A DNA stretch of 64,000 bases from the IMG/VR virus record IMGVR_UViG_3300045391_006216, positions 1 through 64,000 of that record; one strand, 5' to 3'. The translations under genes were made by a program, and so were the position numbers. The first letter of the stretch is position 1; every line of letters starts with the position of its first letter. This document shows positions 9,975 to 21,053 of this stretch, piece by piece. The stretch is from a virus. The notes beneath the pieces were generated by a model that worked only from the letters and a program-made list of their open reading frames with translations, was not told the DNA's origin and ran no database searches.

Positions 9975-10895
9975 ATGCCCAAAGAAACCACTGATTTAAT
10001 TCGTACATATCTTAAAGAAATTGGGAAATATCCCTTACTTTCCACCCAACAAGAAATCGTGTTAGGCAAGCAAGTTCAACAAATGCAAACTGTCAAGCAA
10101 CTGGCACAGCAAATGTGCCCATCAGACAGAGATGCCTATTTATCAAGTCGAGAAATACAAACTATTATTTTCGTAGGAGAGAAGTCCAAAAGACAAATGA
10201 TAACCGCAAATCTAAGATTGGTGGTATCAACGGCAAAAAAATACCAGAATCGCAATATGGAATTCTTAGACCTAATTCAAGAAGGTGGACTAGGTTTATG
10301 CAGGGCTGTAGAAAAGTTCGACCCTACCAAAGGTTATAAGTTTTCTACTTATGCTTATTGGTGGATTAGGCAAGCAATTACTCGCGCCATTTCGGAGAAA
10401 TCCCGTACCATCAGACTACCAATACATATAAATGAAAGATTGACCAAAATCAAGCAAGCGCGGTCAAAACTAAGCCAATCTCTGGGCAGAAATCCAACCA
10501 TTAGAGAAGTTTCTCAGTTATTGGGTATAGATTCTTCTAAAGTCAAAAAATATTTAGAAATTTTACAAGGCCAGCATACTATATCATTAAATATCAGATG
10601 TGGGGAAAGCAAGGAAAATGAATTGGGAGAGCTTTTAGAAAGTGGTGGATTATCAATTGAAGAGTATGTAGACCAAGAGCTTGCCAAAGACCAAGTAACT
10701 AAATTACTTGACCAGTTATCAGAAAAACAAAGGAGGATTATTACATTAAGATATGGATTAGATACCGAGCGTCCTTTGACTTTACGACAAGTATCTCAAA
10801 ACATCAAAGTCAGCAAAGAAAGAACTAGGCAAATTGAATTAGAAGCTATTAAAAAAATGAGGTCTTCCAAGTCTTCAAAACAATTCACAATTTAG
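9975..10895 (+). CDS. RNA polymerase sigma-70 factor, cyanobacterial group-2-like (no region 1.1)
   Basis: DLIRTYLKEIG.YPLL (region 1.2), ANLRLVV..AKKYQNR..LDLIQEG, KFDPTKGYKFSTYAYWWIRQAITR (region 2), VSKERTRQIE (region 4.2). Confidence 0.95.
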   Translation: MPKETTDLIRTYLKEIGKYPLLSTQQEIVLGKQVQQMQTVKQLAQQMCPSDRDAYLSSREIQTIIFVGEKSKRQMITANLRLVVSTAKKYQNRNMEFLDLIQEGGLGLCRAVEKFDPTKGYKFSTYAYWWIRQAITRAISEKSRTIRLPIHINERLTKIKQARSKLSQSLGRNPTIREVSQLLGIDSSKVKKYLEILQGQHTISLNIRCGESKENELGELLESGGLSIEEYVDQELAKDQVTKLLDQLSEKQRRIITLRYGLDTERPLTLRQVSQNIKVSKERTRQIELEAIKKMRSSKSSKQFTI

Positions 10896-11622
10896 TTTCA
10901 TTCTCGTTCTCTAATAATGGAAAATAACCCCTCAAATCGCGTTCAAATCTATAGTTATAATTTCTTTTCAAATTGGATAAAGCTTTTCTCAAACAGTGTT
11001 TATATTTAGTAATATCATTAGGTATAATACAATTTAAATCAGCATAACTGATAAATTCTTTACTTTCATATTTTTTTTTCAAAATCACAATTAATTCAAT
11101 GGTTTTAGTAGGAAAAATAATATCTTTTCGTACTGGGTAATATCCAGTATTGGTTAAAACATCAAATTCATAATTATATTCTTGCTTAAGGATTTCTAAA
11201 GCTTTTTCAATTAAAGAACTACATCGTGATTTATTTCTATTATTTCTAGCTTTATTGAATAAAATTGCTTTTATTTTCCTATCAGTTACAAATTTATTTT
11301 GTTCATAAGCTTCTTTAAATAGAAGAACTAGGTTATCTACAAGAGAAAATGGTTTTTCTATGCATTTTATATAATTAAAATGATATGAATCTCGCAGTGA
11401 AGGAATGTATCTTTTTCCATTTTTTGAATATTCAAAATCGAAAAAATATTGATGTTCTTTTTGTAGATTTTTGAAAATTCTATCTAGTAAATATTTATAA
11501 TTGGATGTAATTTCTGGAACAATTGCTTCCAATTGTTCATAGGTGACAGGGGTGTTATTTTCGTAAGCATTTCTTAAACATATAAATACTAATCTAGTTT
11601 TTAATTTAGGAACTTTAGCCAT
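10885..11622 (-). CDS. Very AT-rich protein with three internal winged-helix-like repeats
   Basis: Three units of L...Y E....[VI][TS]...L..I......L......L.....Y.F.....[GR]Y.P. Confidence 0.6.
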   Translation of the reverse strand: MAKVPKLKTRLVFICLRNAYENNTPVTYEQLEAIVPEITSNYKYLLDRIFKNLQKEHQYFFDFEYSKNGKRYIPSLRDSYHFNYIKCIEKPFSLVDNLVLLFKEAYEQNKFVTDRKIKAILFNKARNNRNKSRCSSLIEKALEILKQEYNYEFDVLTNTGYYPVRKDIIFPTKTIELIVILKKKYESKEFISYADLNCIIPNDITKYKHCLRKALSNLKRNYNYRFERDLRGYFPLLENENETKL

Positions 11623-11674
11623 AAGTAGCTACTAATAACTCCTCCATAGGAATTATAACAGTTACTTGCATTTG

Positions 11675-12097
11675 CTATTGACACAAGTACTGCCAAGACG
11701 CATAGCCAACTGTATTGCTGATTACTGCCTGAGTAGGAGGATTTGGCGTTGATGGAGTGCCGTAATAAACATTGAATAGTATTTTGCTGCTTGCATCATA
11801 GGTAGTATATCGATGCAAAGTTAGAGTTTGCTTATTACAATCGGCAGTGTAACTTGAACTGGATTTAATAGAACCGTTTGTCTGTGTTTGTGCGTATAAA
11901 GTAATTTGAGAAAAATAAACTTTATTTTCACCATAGCGATTTCTTCTTTTAACAGAATCAGATTGTATGTAAATCCGATCTCCATTTTCCCCCTTAGCAA
12001 CTTCTACAAATCTGCTTTCTTGGGAAGGTTGCGCTAAAGCAGCGAGGGGTAAAAAACTGCAAAATGCAATAAAAGGTGCAAGTATTGAAGCTTTCAT
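11675..12097 (-). CDS. Secreted protein, surface-adhesin-E-like
   Basis: Signal peptide ending ...LAALA; IYIQSDSVKR, YTADC, terminal YLC. Confidence 0.7.
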   Translation of the reverse strand: MKASILAPFIAFCSFLPLAALAQPSQESRFVEVAKGENGDRIYIQSDSVKRRNRYGENKVYFSQITLYAQTQTNGSIKSSSSYTADCNKQTLTLHRYTTYDASSKILFNVYYGTPSTPNPPTQAVISNTVGYASWQYLCQ

Positions 12098-12176
12098 TTT
12101 TGGCGAGGTAGAAAAACTGATCTCAGTTTAATATACTTAGTACTACATATTGCATTCGTATAAGTACTATAAATTA

Positions 12177-15100
12177 TTAGTAAGCACCAGCCATTTGTTT
12201 TGCATAATCAAGTACTTTTTCTAAGCTGACGTTACTACCGCTACCTGTGGCAGCAAGATTCTGTGTAGGGGCATCTATTTTAATATTGTAAGTATTATTA
12301 GCTTGATTAGTTAGTGGCTTTAGGTAATCTACTAATTTATCAACGCCTTGTTTGAATAACTTTCCAGAACTTTCTAGAGAAAGGGTTGCGGTTCTTTCAC
12401 TGGGTGCAGGCAATTTTAAAGATGCGTCTTGGACGAGGGAAATTGGTTGGTTTACTTGTCCCAAAATTTGTTGGCTTAAAGATTGCGCTCGCTGCACTTC
12501 CAAAGGCGTTTGCAATGGTGTTTTAGCGATGCCAGTAGTTAAAGCACCCGTGATGTTTGCAGTATTGCCGTATTCTTTATCAAACGTTTTGGTTGCATCA
12601 CCAATTGCTGCCGTTGCTGCCTGCCCTCCTACCATATCTAAGATTCCCCCAAGGTTGGGGCTGATGGCAGCCAAAATATCTGGTGTAGATGAAATGGGGA
12701 ACTCTTTAGCCGCTATTCCTCTAGATTGCGCGATCGCAGCATTGTAAAATTCCCTGATGTTCTTTTGTCCAAATAATTGGGCAATTTCTTGCTGCAATTG
12801 GCGTTGGGACTGCTGTTGTTTGCCTGGGGGTAAGGCGTTGGCAAGTTCAGCGCGAGCTTTGAGGGTGTCGAGGTTTTGCTTGAGATTTAATTGTTCTAGT
12901 TGAGCTTGGGCTTGGGTTTGTTGTCCTTGGAATTTTTGAGATATCAACCCTCCTTCAGCTTGCAAAAAACCCAAAGCATCGACTTCTGACTGCAATTTGA
13001 TTTGTAAAGCTTTAATCTTGGCTTGTCCTGCCACAGATTGATTTCTGGGGTCGGCTTCCATAACCGCGATGTCTGCTTTGACCCCTGCTATATCTGCTAG
13101 TTTTTGTCCCTGGTTGATACGGTTTTGGATAGCCTCTTGTTCTAGGGCTAGTTTATTTTGTTCGAGTTGGTTGAGAAGACTTTGACGCTCATATTCCTGC
13201 TGTTGGCGGAGTGACTGTAGTTTAATGCTGGCAGTAACTTCTGCTAGTTGTTTGCGACGATACTCACTACGTTCAACAGAACTCAATACCTCCAATTCAC
13301 CGAGTACAAAATCAGTCCCAGCTTTGGCTAAATCCCGACTAACTTCTAGTAGTTTGTTGCGTTGTTCTATAGCCTTTGTCAGAATTTGATATAAATCACC
13401 TTGGCGTTTTATAGATTGGTTTTGCTCGTCAATTTGGTTTTTGAGCTTTTGATTTTCAACTTCTAGTTTTTCTTGGCGGGTTTTAATTTCAGCATCTAGT
13501 AAAGCTGTTTTAGCTTTTTCAATCGCTAAAGCCAATTCTATTCTCTTAGATGCATCTCTAGTTTCTAGATTGTATTCCTTCTCTAAAGCAGATACCTTAC
13601 GTCTTGCTAATTCTTCATTGACTTGGGCTTGGGTGACGAGTCCTTTACGCGCTTGAGATTCTAATTGAGTTTCTCTAATATTATCTTCATCTTTGATTTG
13701 GGATTTTATGACTTCAATGTGTTGCTTATATAACGTCAATTCTGCTGATAAAGACTGCTTGACCAAATCTTGAATTTTCAACTGGGAAGCACGAATTTGA
13801 GCGTCAAAATCTGCTGCTTTTTCTTGATTTTTAGGTTTGGGTAGTGCTTGTAAAGCTTTGAGTCTAAGGCGTTCTTGGTTGAGTTGAGCGTCAATGTTTA
13901 CTTTACTTGCCTGAGTCTTCTTTTCCTCAACTTCAGTGCGGTCAAGTAGTCCCTTATTTTCTAATTGTTGAATTTGGATTAAGCGCTCATTTTGAGCTAT
14001 CTGTACAGCATCAAGAGCTTTTTTCTGATTACGTTCTAAAATTTTAATTTGAATTGCAGATTCTTTTTCTGCTGAATCTGCTTGGTTTTTTTGAATATCT
14101 GCATTAATTTTAGTGACTTCAGTTTTGTAATTTTGTTCTAGTAATAACAATGAAGCGGTTTTAGCTTTATTCGAGTTAATTAATTTGGTATTTAATGCTG
14201 AAATATCAGATTGGGCTGCTGCCAATGCTGGAGAATTTGCAGGAGCTTTACTAGCTTCAGATTGTTTTTTAGCAATTTCATCTTCTAGGTATTTAGTTGT
14301 ATTAGCAAAGTCACGTTCAATTATTTTACGGCGTTCTGAATAATTATCGTTAGTGTTACGTAGTTGAGTTTCTAGTTCAACTTTTTTAGCAAAAGTCAAT
14401 TGTTTTTCTGCTGCTAATTCTTGGGAGATGATGCCTTTATTTACTTTAATTCGCAAGTCAGCAGCTACTAAATTAGCTGATATTTCATTTTCAGCAATTT
14501 GAGAACTCAATTCAGAACTAATTCTAGTATTCCTAGTATTTTCTGAAATTAATGCAGCATTCTTATCTTTCTCAATTTGAATAATTTTAGCTTTTAAAGT
14601 TTCTGCTTGGGCTAATGGGGCGGATGCGTCTTGCCCTTGGGCAGATAGCTTAGCCGCTTCATCTTGTTTTTGCTTAAGAAGCGAATTATTAACGAATGTT
14701 TGGTCATCAAATTCTTTTTGAATTTGTTTTAGTTTAGTTTGATGTAACTCATTTTCGGCATCAAGTCGGGATTTCAATAAACTGTTTTGAGCATCCGAAA
14801 TTGCTTTAGCATTTTGTTCATAGTCAACTCTACCCAAAGCTAATTGTGCAGAAATAGCAGATTGCTGAGCCTGAACAATACTAATTCGTTTATCACTTTC
14901 ACGTTTAAATGCTGCGGTAATTCCTTGTTGAGCTTTGTCTTGGAGTTCTTGAGATGCGAAGGCGTTAGTTGCAACTAAATTGTAACGACGGATAGCTTCA
15001 TCAGCACTAATCTGACCTGCTTCTGCTTGTTTTTCAGTGGCAGATAGTAATTCTTCAGCTTTTTGTTTGAAAATAGCAGAATCACCAGAAGATTTGAGAA

Positions 15101-18100
15101 TAGCTTCTTCTGCCCCTGCGGCTTGTTTTGCTAATTGTTCGTAGCCAGAACCGACGCGTTCTAGGTCTTTGGGTTTAATTTTAATGTTACCGACAAAAGA
15201 ATCTATAAGTTTAATTCTGGCATTAAGTTCATCAATTTGCGATTGAATATTAGCTTTATTGGCATCTCCTTTTACAGTTTTCAATTGGTCTTGTAAATCA
15301 GCAAGTTGTGAACTTAGTTGTGTTTTCTGTTCCTTAGCTTGAGCAACTAATTTTTGGTTAGCTTTATACTGTTCATCACTCAGTCTAACGCCACGCTTAT
15401 CGGCATCTGATTGAATATCAGAGGCTTTTTTCAAGTCACGAGCAGTTTTGATTGCTTGTTCTGATAATTTAGCAGTGCGATCGCCAAGTATTTCTGTTGC
15501 TTCGTTGGCATCTTTAAGTTGGAGAGAGTACAGACCAATGCCAATTAAACCAATTGCAGCAGCTAGGGCAATTAGTGGTGCAGCGAGTAATAACAAAGGT
15601 GCGATCGCAGTATAAAGAGCGGTGGCAAAAGTAGCAAGTCCTACGGTTGCACCACCAGTGGCCGCGGTCAACCCAAATAAACTGCTAACAGTAATACCGT
15701 TGGCAGCTAAAAATTGTGCAGACGCAACAGTTCCTTGGGTCATAGCGATGCCCAACGCCCTAACTCCAATGGCGGCACTAGAAGCAGAAGCAGCTAGCCC
15801 TACAAACCCCACAGCACTCAATGTTGTTGCTAGACCTGCTAAGATTCCAGCTAAATTTACTGCCCATCCTGCTAAGGTTGTGCTGATTAATTTAGCAATT
15901 GAGGGGATCAGCCCTACATTGATAGCTATGGTTAATCCAACTACCGCTGTTGTAGCAAGAGCAAAAGGATTACCAAAAGCTATTTTTAGCATGTCTGCTA
16001 AAGAACCCAAACCTTGAATAACACCGTAAAGAATTTCTTTAACGGTTTCATTTTGTAGTACAAATTTATCAAAAGCCAGGAACGCTAAGTATGCGCCACC
16101 AGCAAGTAGCCCAAAAGTGAGGATTTGTCCTGCGATCGCAGTACCAATATTCTTGAGAACAGCAGCAAATTGCTGATTGAGCAACAGCACTCTATCAGTG
16201 GCATTGGCGTATAATCCCACTGCATTAGCGGCTTGGGTAAACAATGGAGCTAACGGGGCAAGGTAAATATTTGATGAAACGAAAGCACCAGCCGCGGTAA
16301 TCAAAGCTGGTGTCAGGGTAAGAAGGTTGCTTAAAAATGCCCCTATTGCCGGAAATAAAGTTATTAGCCCAGCAACTTGAATACCAACACCAGCGACAGT
16401 GGGAATAAACCCAACGAGTAATCCACCTAACGGCCCTAAAGCTACGGTTGCCGCTTCTGCCGCACCTGGTATTTCATTGAGGTATTTACCCAAAATTAAG
16501 AATCCGCCACCACCAGTACCAAGGACTTTAGATAAATTGATGAATTGATTTGCCACACCATTGGTTCGTAAATCCAGGGCAAACATCACTTCACCAAGTC
16601 CCGGAACCAGTTGAGTCAAAGTTCCGAAAACGTCGCCCAAGGTTGTCACGCCTACCGATAAAGCTTTGACTGTGACAAAAGATTGTAAAAATACTCCACC
16701 TAATGGGCCAGATGCCTTGACCAACTCTGTCATGAAACGAATTGCCGGCCCCAAAGCTTCTGCTACAAATTTAATTCCCCCTGCTAACGCTTCTGCTGCA
16801 TTAGCCAAAGATTTAAAAAGATATATGGGTGCTTCTGCAATCAATCCACCAACTGAAGAAAACACGGTTTTAGCGGCGTCTACAACTGCCAAACCAACTC
16901 TTAGTATCTGGTCACTAATTAATCCAAAGTAAGTAACAAATTGCTCTTGATTGGTTTTTAAGTAGTCATAAACACTAGTAACTTGTTCAATTAGGGGGTC
17001 GAGCAATCTTTCCCCTGCCCTTCTGCCAATTTCATCGAATACTTCCTGTATGTTACTAATTACACCTGAAAAAGAAGCGGCAGCTAACGCATTTCCAGCC
17101 CGGAAAGGAGCTAGTTTTTTTCGCAACTCCTCAACTAAACGACCTTGAGATTTCCAGTTGTTGACTTGTTCGTTACTAATGTTTAAGCTTTTGGCTAAAA
17201 CAGAATTTTGGTCGATGGTTCCAGATAAAATACTACCTATTTCTTGTCTTGATTGATACAAGGGAATTTGTAATGTACCTAGACTTGCGGCGAAATCTAA
17301 GGATAGGTCTTTGGCATCTGTAAGTTTCCCACCAATACCCGTAATTTGACCAGCAATTTGTTGGTACAGGGGAACTAAATCTTTACTTGTGACCCCGACT
17401 AAATCTAAAGATTCAAGCCTAAGTTTATCGATCGCGGTTTTGATTGGGTCTTCTAGCGATTGAATAGCAGTTTTAGGGTCGATAATTTGTTGTCCAGTAA
17501 ATCCGCTATAAATTTTTGATGTAGCAACTAAAGAAGATTGGGTCGAAAGTAGTTGCTCTCTTAGTTCTATGTTTTGCCCAATCAAAGTCTTGAAGGGGCC
17601 AGTGGTGGCAAACTGTTGGAGGGATGATAAACCTTGACTAAAAAACGCAACCCGCTCTACTACTGAAGAGATGCCATTAGCAAACCCAGCGATTGTATTT
17701 TGTAAATATCCGAATACTTTTAGTGGCTCATTAAACCCAGCGATCGCACCTGGAAATTGGGCAATGGTGTTAAGCGGGGCAGCTATTTTGCTGGGGAGAG
17801 TCGAGAGGGTATTGTAAATTCTAATGGCTGATTTATCAATCGCATCAATGGCAGGGGATACTCGCTCAAAACCAGCTCCAAAAAATCCGGCGAGGAATGC
17901 TCGATTAGCATTTTGTCCAATTCTGCCGAACAAACTAGAAAAAACTCCACCAAACAAACCGTTAATTCTTTCAGCTAATCCCGGAGGAAGTTCAGTAAAA
18001 TTTAAATCAATTTTCAAAATACTACCGATTATCTTGCCGAGGTTTGTTGCAACTACCCCTGCCACTGAACCGAAAGTCCTTCTAATAAAATTGACGACGT

Positions 18101-21050
18101 TGCCAAAACTTGTTTCTAGCGAAGTAACAACAGTATTAAAAATTGGCGTTAGCTTGGTAACAATTGCCCTAGCACTATCAACGGCTTCATTAAAAAATTT
18201 ACCAAATCCGCCTCTACCATTTGCACCTATGCCGACTAAAGCACTATTAATCAGTCCAGTTAAAGTTCTAACTGCACTAGGCACAACCGTATCTATAGCA
18301 TTGATGGTATTACGCAATCCAACGCTTAATCCAGACTGAATATTCCTTGCAGTGCCACTACTAAAAGCAGAAACCGCAGCGATGGCTCCTTGTAGCTTGT
18401 TACCAAAATCAATAAATAATCCGCTTGAATTTGCTACTTTGGTTTGGATAAACGATAAACTAGTATCTGCAATTAACTTTAAATCTGTAAATCTATCACG
18501 GACAAATTGTATTTGTGTAGCAAAGGTTGTTCCAAAACTAGTAGATGTTTGAAGAGTATTTAAAAACGCATCTATGTTAGAAAATCCTTGCCCTAAAGAA
18601 GTTCTTAAACTACTAATTGAACTAGCAATTTGAGCAACTATACTAGGAATTGCAGATTTAATAGAGTCTATTCCTCTAGACGTAAATATTAATAATGATT
18701 GAATGTTTCTATTTGCAATTGCAACGCCAGAGCTAACAGTGTTAAAAACACTTGTAATACCAAGTTTGATATTAGGAATTATATTTTGAGAAAAATTGTT
18801 AAGCCCTTGCAAGAAGTTACGAACATTATCAATGCCACCAATAGTAAAGCCTAAACTTGTGTTGGCGATCGCTTTGATTTTTGCTTGCAAAAACCCTATT
18901 GCTTGAATAGCTTTTTGAATGCCTTCTTGTAAAGCGTCAATTATGCTATCTCCAATAGTAGTACCTCTCAAGCTTTGAAGTGCAATGGAAGCATCAAGCA
19001 AAGTGTTAACAATATTTGCAGATATTTGGTCAATACCGTAGTTAAAATTCATTACAAAATCAATAGCATCTATTTTTAATCCAGTCAATCCTGCATCTGC
19101 ACTAGTTACTAAAGAATTAATCAACGATTGAGTGTTACCAAGAATATTGGGAATTCCTGCGACTCCACTTTTAAACCCACGTAACAGGGTATCAGTTAAT
19201 TTTAACCCGGCGTTAACATTAGTTTTTAAATTTCCAAGCACTCCATCTAAAGCAGCAAAATTAGATTTTAAATTTGCAGGTTTGAGATTTTCCAACAAAG
19301 CATCAAATACAAATCCCGGCGCTCCACTTTCTAGTAAACTGGTTTTAACAACATTTTTTAAATATCCGGGTAAAAATGCTGTTGCGGCAGAAGCTATAGC
19401 ATTAGCTCCTGCATCCTTGAAACGCTTAGTTACATAGTTGGCAGCACTGTCAACCAAAGGAGCTAAAATTACAGGTAATTGTGTATCAATGGCTTTCCCC
19501 AAACTTGCGGCTACTGCCCTACCTAAAATTGCATCAAGCTGCTTTAATCCAGGGATTTGGCCTTTAATACCTGTAACTTTAAAAAGTTGTTGAATAATGC
19601 CGTCAAAATCCAGCAGTTGATCAACAATTGCGCCAGGTACAGGGACAAAAGAAGTAATCAAATTTTTAATCTGGTCGTTTATAAGCCCTGATAGCACCCC
19701 TCCTCTAGAACTACTTAATAAAGGTAAATTGCTAGTTCCAAGTCCTAGACCTGCGGTAAATTTTGCCCCTACACCATCAAAAGTACTACCCAAAATTTCA
19801 CGGCTTCTTTGATTACGTTTTTTAATTTCTGGGTCGAGTCCATCGAATAATCGATTGGCTAATCTAACTCCTGAATTGTAAGCTACATTTTCTACAGAAG
19901 TATTAGTTAAATTAAATAGATTTCCTAATGGTGCTGATATACCTTTTTGAGTAACTTTTAATAAAGCATCGCTAAAAGAACCATTTAATAAATCTTGAAT
20001 TGAAGAAGAAAGCACACTTTTAACAGCAGAATTTTTCAGAATACTTTTAACCAATCCAGTGGAAACATTGTTACCTAGAACTTGTCCAATTCGCTGATCG
20101 ATTACAAAATTTGCTATTTGAGAATCTAATTTAGCAAAGCCACTAGTTGTCTCAATTTTTAAATTTGCTAGTACTTCTATTTGATTTTTCAATCCACTTT
20201 GGTTTAATAAATCAGCGAGTGGCTTGAATTGTGAACTTTTAATTTGTTGAGAGATATCAAGTAGTAAACTATCAATTGCACCTGCCGTAGAACCAGTAAG
20301 TAAAGATTTAAGAAAAGTAGGAGAATATTGTGCGATCGCTGGGTTAGTAGCAATATTTTTAATAATATCTTGACTTGTACCTTCGCCAATTGCTAACCCA
20401 AAAGTAGCATCAATAATACTTTGTGATAATTGCTTGTCTAATCTCTGAGCTATTTTACCAACAATTTTTAACCCTTCATTGTCAAAAGTTCCCAGAGCAT
20501 TTTTTAAAGGATTAAAAACTTTTTCGCCAATACGTCCAACACCTAGACTAATGCCATCATCTAGTTGTTGAGAAATACTACGAGTATCAAGGTTAAATAA
20601 TTTTTGACTAAACCCAGCACCAATATTAGTCCCAACAGAACTAACTTCTTTAAGTAAACTACTAAGAGGCGCTAATTCTTTGGTCGCTTCTTCAGCAGAT
20701 TGTTGTATTTGCCCAATAAAAGTTTGACCAATTGGCGACTGAATACCTTCTTTAATTTTACCAACTACTGAAGTTAATCCAACAAGTTTAGAGATTGCGC
20801 CTCCCAAAGCGCCAGTAGTTGCTACACCCAATCCAATGATAGCTACACTAGTGTCAGTTACCTTAACTCTAGTTAAATCTGCATAGTTAATGACAAATTG
20901 TAACGCCTGTCCAGTTCCAATTAAAGATTTAGAAAGTATCGCGGTTTCTTTATTTAGATTATTAAAAGAAATACCAGTTTTTTTAATTACATCACTGGCA
21001 ACATCTTTGGCTTCTATAACTACTTGAACTTTATTATTTGATGTTGCCAT
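12177..21050 (-). CDS. Tape-measure-like protein, 2957 aa
   Basis: N-terminal V.VVIEAKD.AS; long A/G/L/I amphipathic region; central tape-measure-like segment (EIGSILSG.IDQNS.LAK.L); hydrophobic segments; C-terminal coiled coil. Confidence 0.8.
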   Translation of the reverse strand: MATSNNKVQVVIEAKDVASDVIKKTGISFNNLNKETAILSKSLIGTGQALQFVINYADLTRVKVTDTSVAIIGLGVATTGALGGAISKLVGLTSVVGKIKEGIQSPIGQTFIGQIQQSAEEATKELAPLSSLLKEVSSVGTNIGAGFSQKLFNLDTRSISQQLDDGISLGVGRIGEKVFNPLKNALGTFDNEGLKIVGKIAQRLDKQLSQSIIDATFGLAIGEGTSQDIIKNIATNPAIAQYSPTFLKSLLTGSTAGAIDSLLLDISQQIKSSQFKPLADLLNQSGLKNQIEVLANLKIETTSGFAKLDSQIANFVIDQRIGQVLGNNVSTGLVKSILKNSAVKSVLSSSIQDLLNGSFSDALLKVTQKGISAPLGNLFNLTNTSVENVAYNSGVRLANRLFDGLDPEIKKRNQRSREILGSTFDGVGAKFTAGLGLGTSNLPLLSSSRGGVLSGLINDQIKNLITSFVPVPGAIVDQLLDFDGIIQQLFKVTGIKGQIPGLKQLDAILGRAVAASLGKAIDTQLPVILAPLVDSAANYVTKRFKDAGANAIASAATAFLPGYLKNVVKTSLLESGAPGFVFDALLENLKPANLKSNFAALDGVLGNLKTNVNAGLKLTDTLLRGFKSGVAGIPNILGNTQSLINSLVTSADAGLTGLKIDAIDFVMNFNYGIDQISANIVNTLLDASIALQSLRGTTIGDSIIDALQEGIQKAIQAIGFLQAKIKAIANTSLGFTIGGIDNVRNFLQGLNNFSQNIIPNIKLGITSVFNTVSSGVAIANRNIQSLLIFTSRGIDSIKSAIPSIVAQIASSISSLRTSLGQGFSNIDAFLNTLQTSTSFGTTFATQIQFVRDRFTDLKLIADTSLSFIQTKVANSSGLFIDFGNKLQGAIAAVSAFSSGTARNIQSGLSVGLRNTINAIDTVVPSAVRTLTGLINSALVGIGANGRGGFGKFFNEAVDSARAIVTKLTPIFNTVVTSLETSFGNVVNFIRRTFGSVAGVVATNLGKIIGSILKIDLNFTELPPGLAERINGLFGGVFSSLFGRIGQNANRAFLAGFFGAGFERVSPAIDAIDKSAIRIYNTLSTLPSKIAAPLNTIAQFPGAIAGFNEPLKVFGYLQNTIAGFANGISSVVERVAFFSQGLSSLQQFATTGPFKTLIGQNIELREQLLSTQSSLVATSKIYSGFTGQQIIDPKTAIQSLEDPIKTAIDKLRLESLDLVGVTSKDLVPLYQQIAGQITGIGGKLTDAKDLSLDFAASLGTLQIPLYQSRQEIGSILSGTIDQNSVLAKSLNISNEQVNNWKSQGRLVEELRKKLAPFRAGNALAAASFSGVISNIQEVFDEIGRRAGERLLDPLIEQVTSVYDYLKTNQEQFVTYFGLISDQILRVGLAVVDAAKTVFSSVGGLIAEAPIYLFKSLANAAEALAGGIKFVAEALGPAIRFMTELVKASGPLGGVFLQSFVTVKALSVGVTTLGDVFGTLTQLVPGLGEVMFALDLRTNGVANQFINLSKVLGTGGGGFLILGKYLNEIPGAAEAATVALGPLGGLLVGFIPTVAGVGIQVAGLITLFPAIGAFLSNLLTLTPALITAAGAFVSSNIYLAPLAPLFTQAANAVGLYANATDRVLLLNQQFAAVLKNIGTAIAGQILTFGLLAGGAYLAFLAFDKFVLQNETVKEILYGVIQGLGSLADMLKIAFGNPFALATTAVVGLTIAINVGLIPSIAKLISTTLAGWAVNLAGILAGLATTLSAVGFVGLAASASSAAIGVRALGIAMTQGTVASAQFLAANGITVSSLFGLTAATGGATVGLATFATALYTAIAPLLLLAAPLIALAAAIGLIGIGLYSLQLKDANEATEILGDRTAKLSEQAIKTARDLKKASDIQSDADKRGVRLSDEQYKANQKLVAQAKEQKTQLSSQLADLQDQLKTVKGDANKANIQSQIDELNARIKLIDSFVGNIKIKPKDLERVGSGYEQLAKQAAGAEEAILKSSGDSAIFKQKAEELLSATEKQAEAGQISADEAIRRYNLVATNAFASQELQDKAQQGITAAFKRESDKRISIVQAQQSAISAQLALGRVDYEQNAKAISDAQNSLLKSRLDAENELHQTKLKQIQKEFDDQTFVNNSLLKQKQDEAAKLSAQGQDASAPLAQAETLKAKIIQIEKDKNAALISENTRNTRISSELSSQIAENEISANLVAADLRIKVNKGIISQELAAEKQLTFAKKVELETQLRNTNDNYSERRKIIERDFANTTKYLEDEIAKKQSEASKAPANSPALAAAQSDISALNTKLINSNKAKTASLLLLEQNYKTEVTKINADIQKNQADSAEKESAIQIKILERNQKKALDAVQIAQNERLIQIQQLENKGLLDRTEVEEKKTQASKVNIDAQLNQERLRLKALQALPKPKNQEKAADFDAQIRASQLKIQDLVKQSLSAELTLYKQHIEVIKSQIKDEDNIRETQLESQARKGLVTQAQVNEELARRKVSALEKEYNLETRDASKRIELALAIEKAKTALLDAEIKTRQEKLEVENQKLKNQIDEQNQSIKRQGDLYQILTKAIEQRNKLLEVSRDLAKAGTDFVLGELEVLSSVERSEYRRKQLAEVTASIKLQSLRQQQEYERQSLLNQLEQNKLALEQEAIQNRINQGQKLADIAGVKADIAVMEADPRNQSVAGQAKIKALQIKLQSEVDALGFLQAEGGLISQKFQGQQTQAQAQLEQLNLKQNLDTLKARAELANALPPGKQQQSQRQLQQEIAQLFGQKNIREFYNAAIAQSRGIAAKEFPISSTPDILAAISPNLGGILDMVGGQAATAAIGDATKTFDKEYGNTANITGALTTGIAKTPLQTPLEVQRAQSLSQQILGQVNQPISLVQDASLKLPAPSERTATLSLESSGKLFKQGVDKLVDYLKPLTNQANNTYNIKIDAPTQNLAATGSGSNVSLEKVLDYAKQMAGAY

Positions 21051-21053
21051 AAA

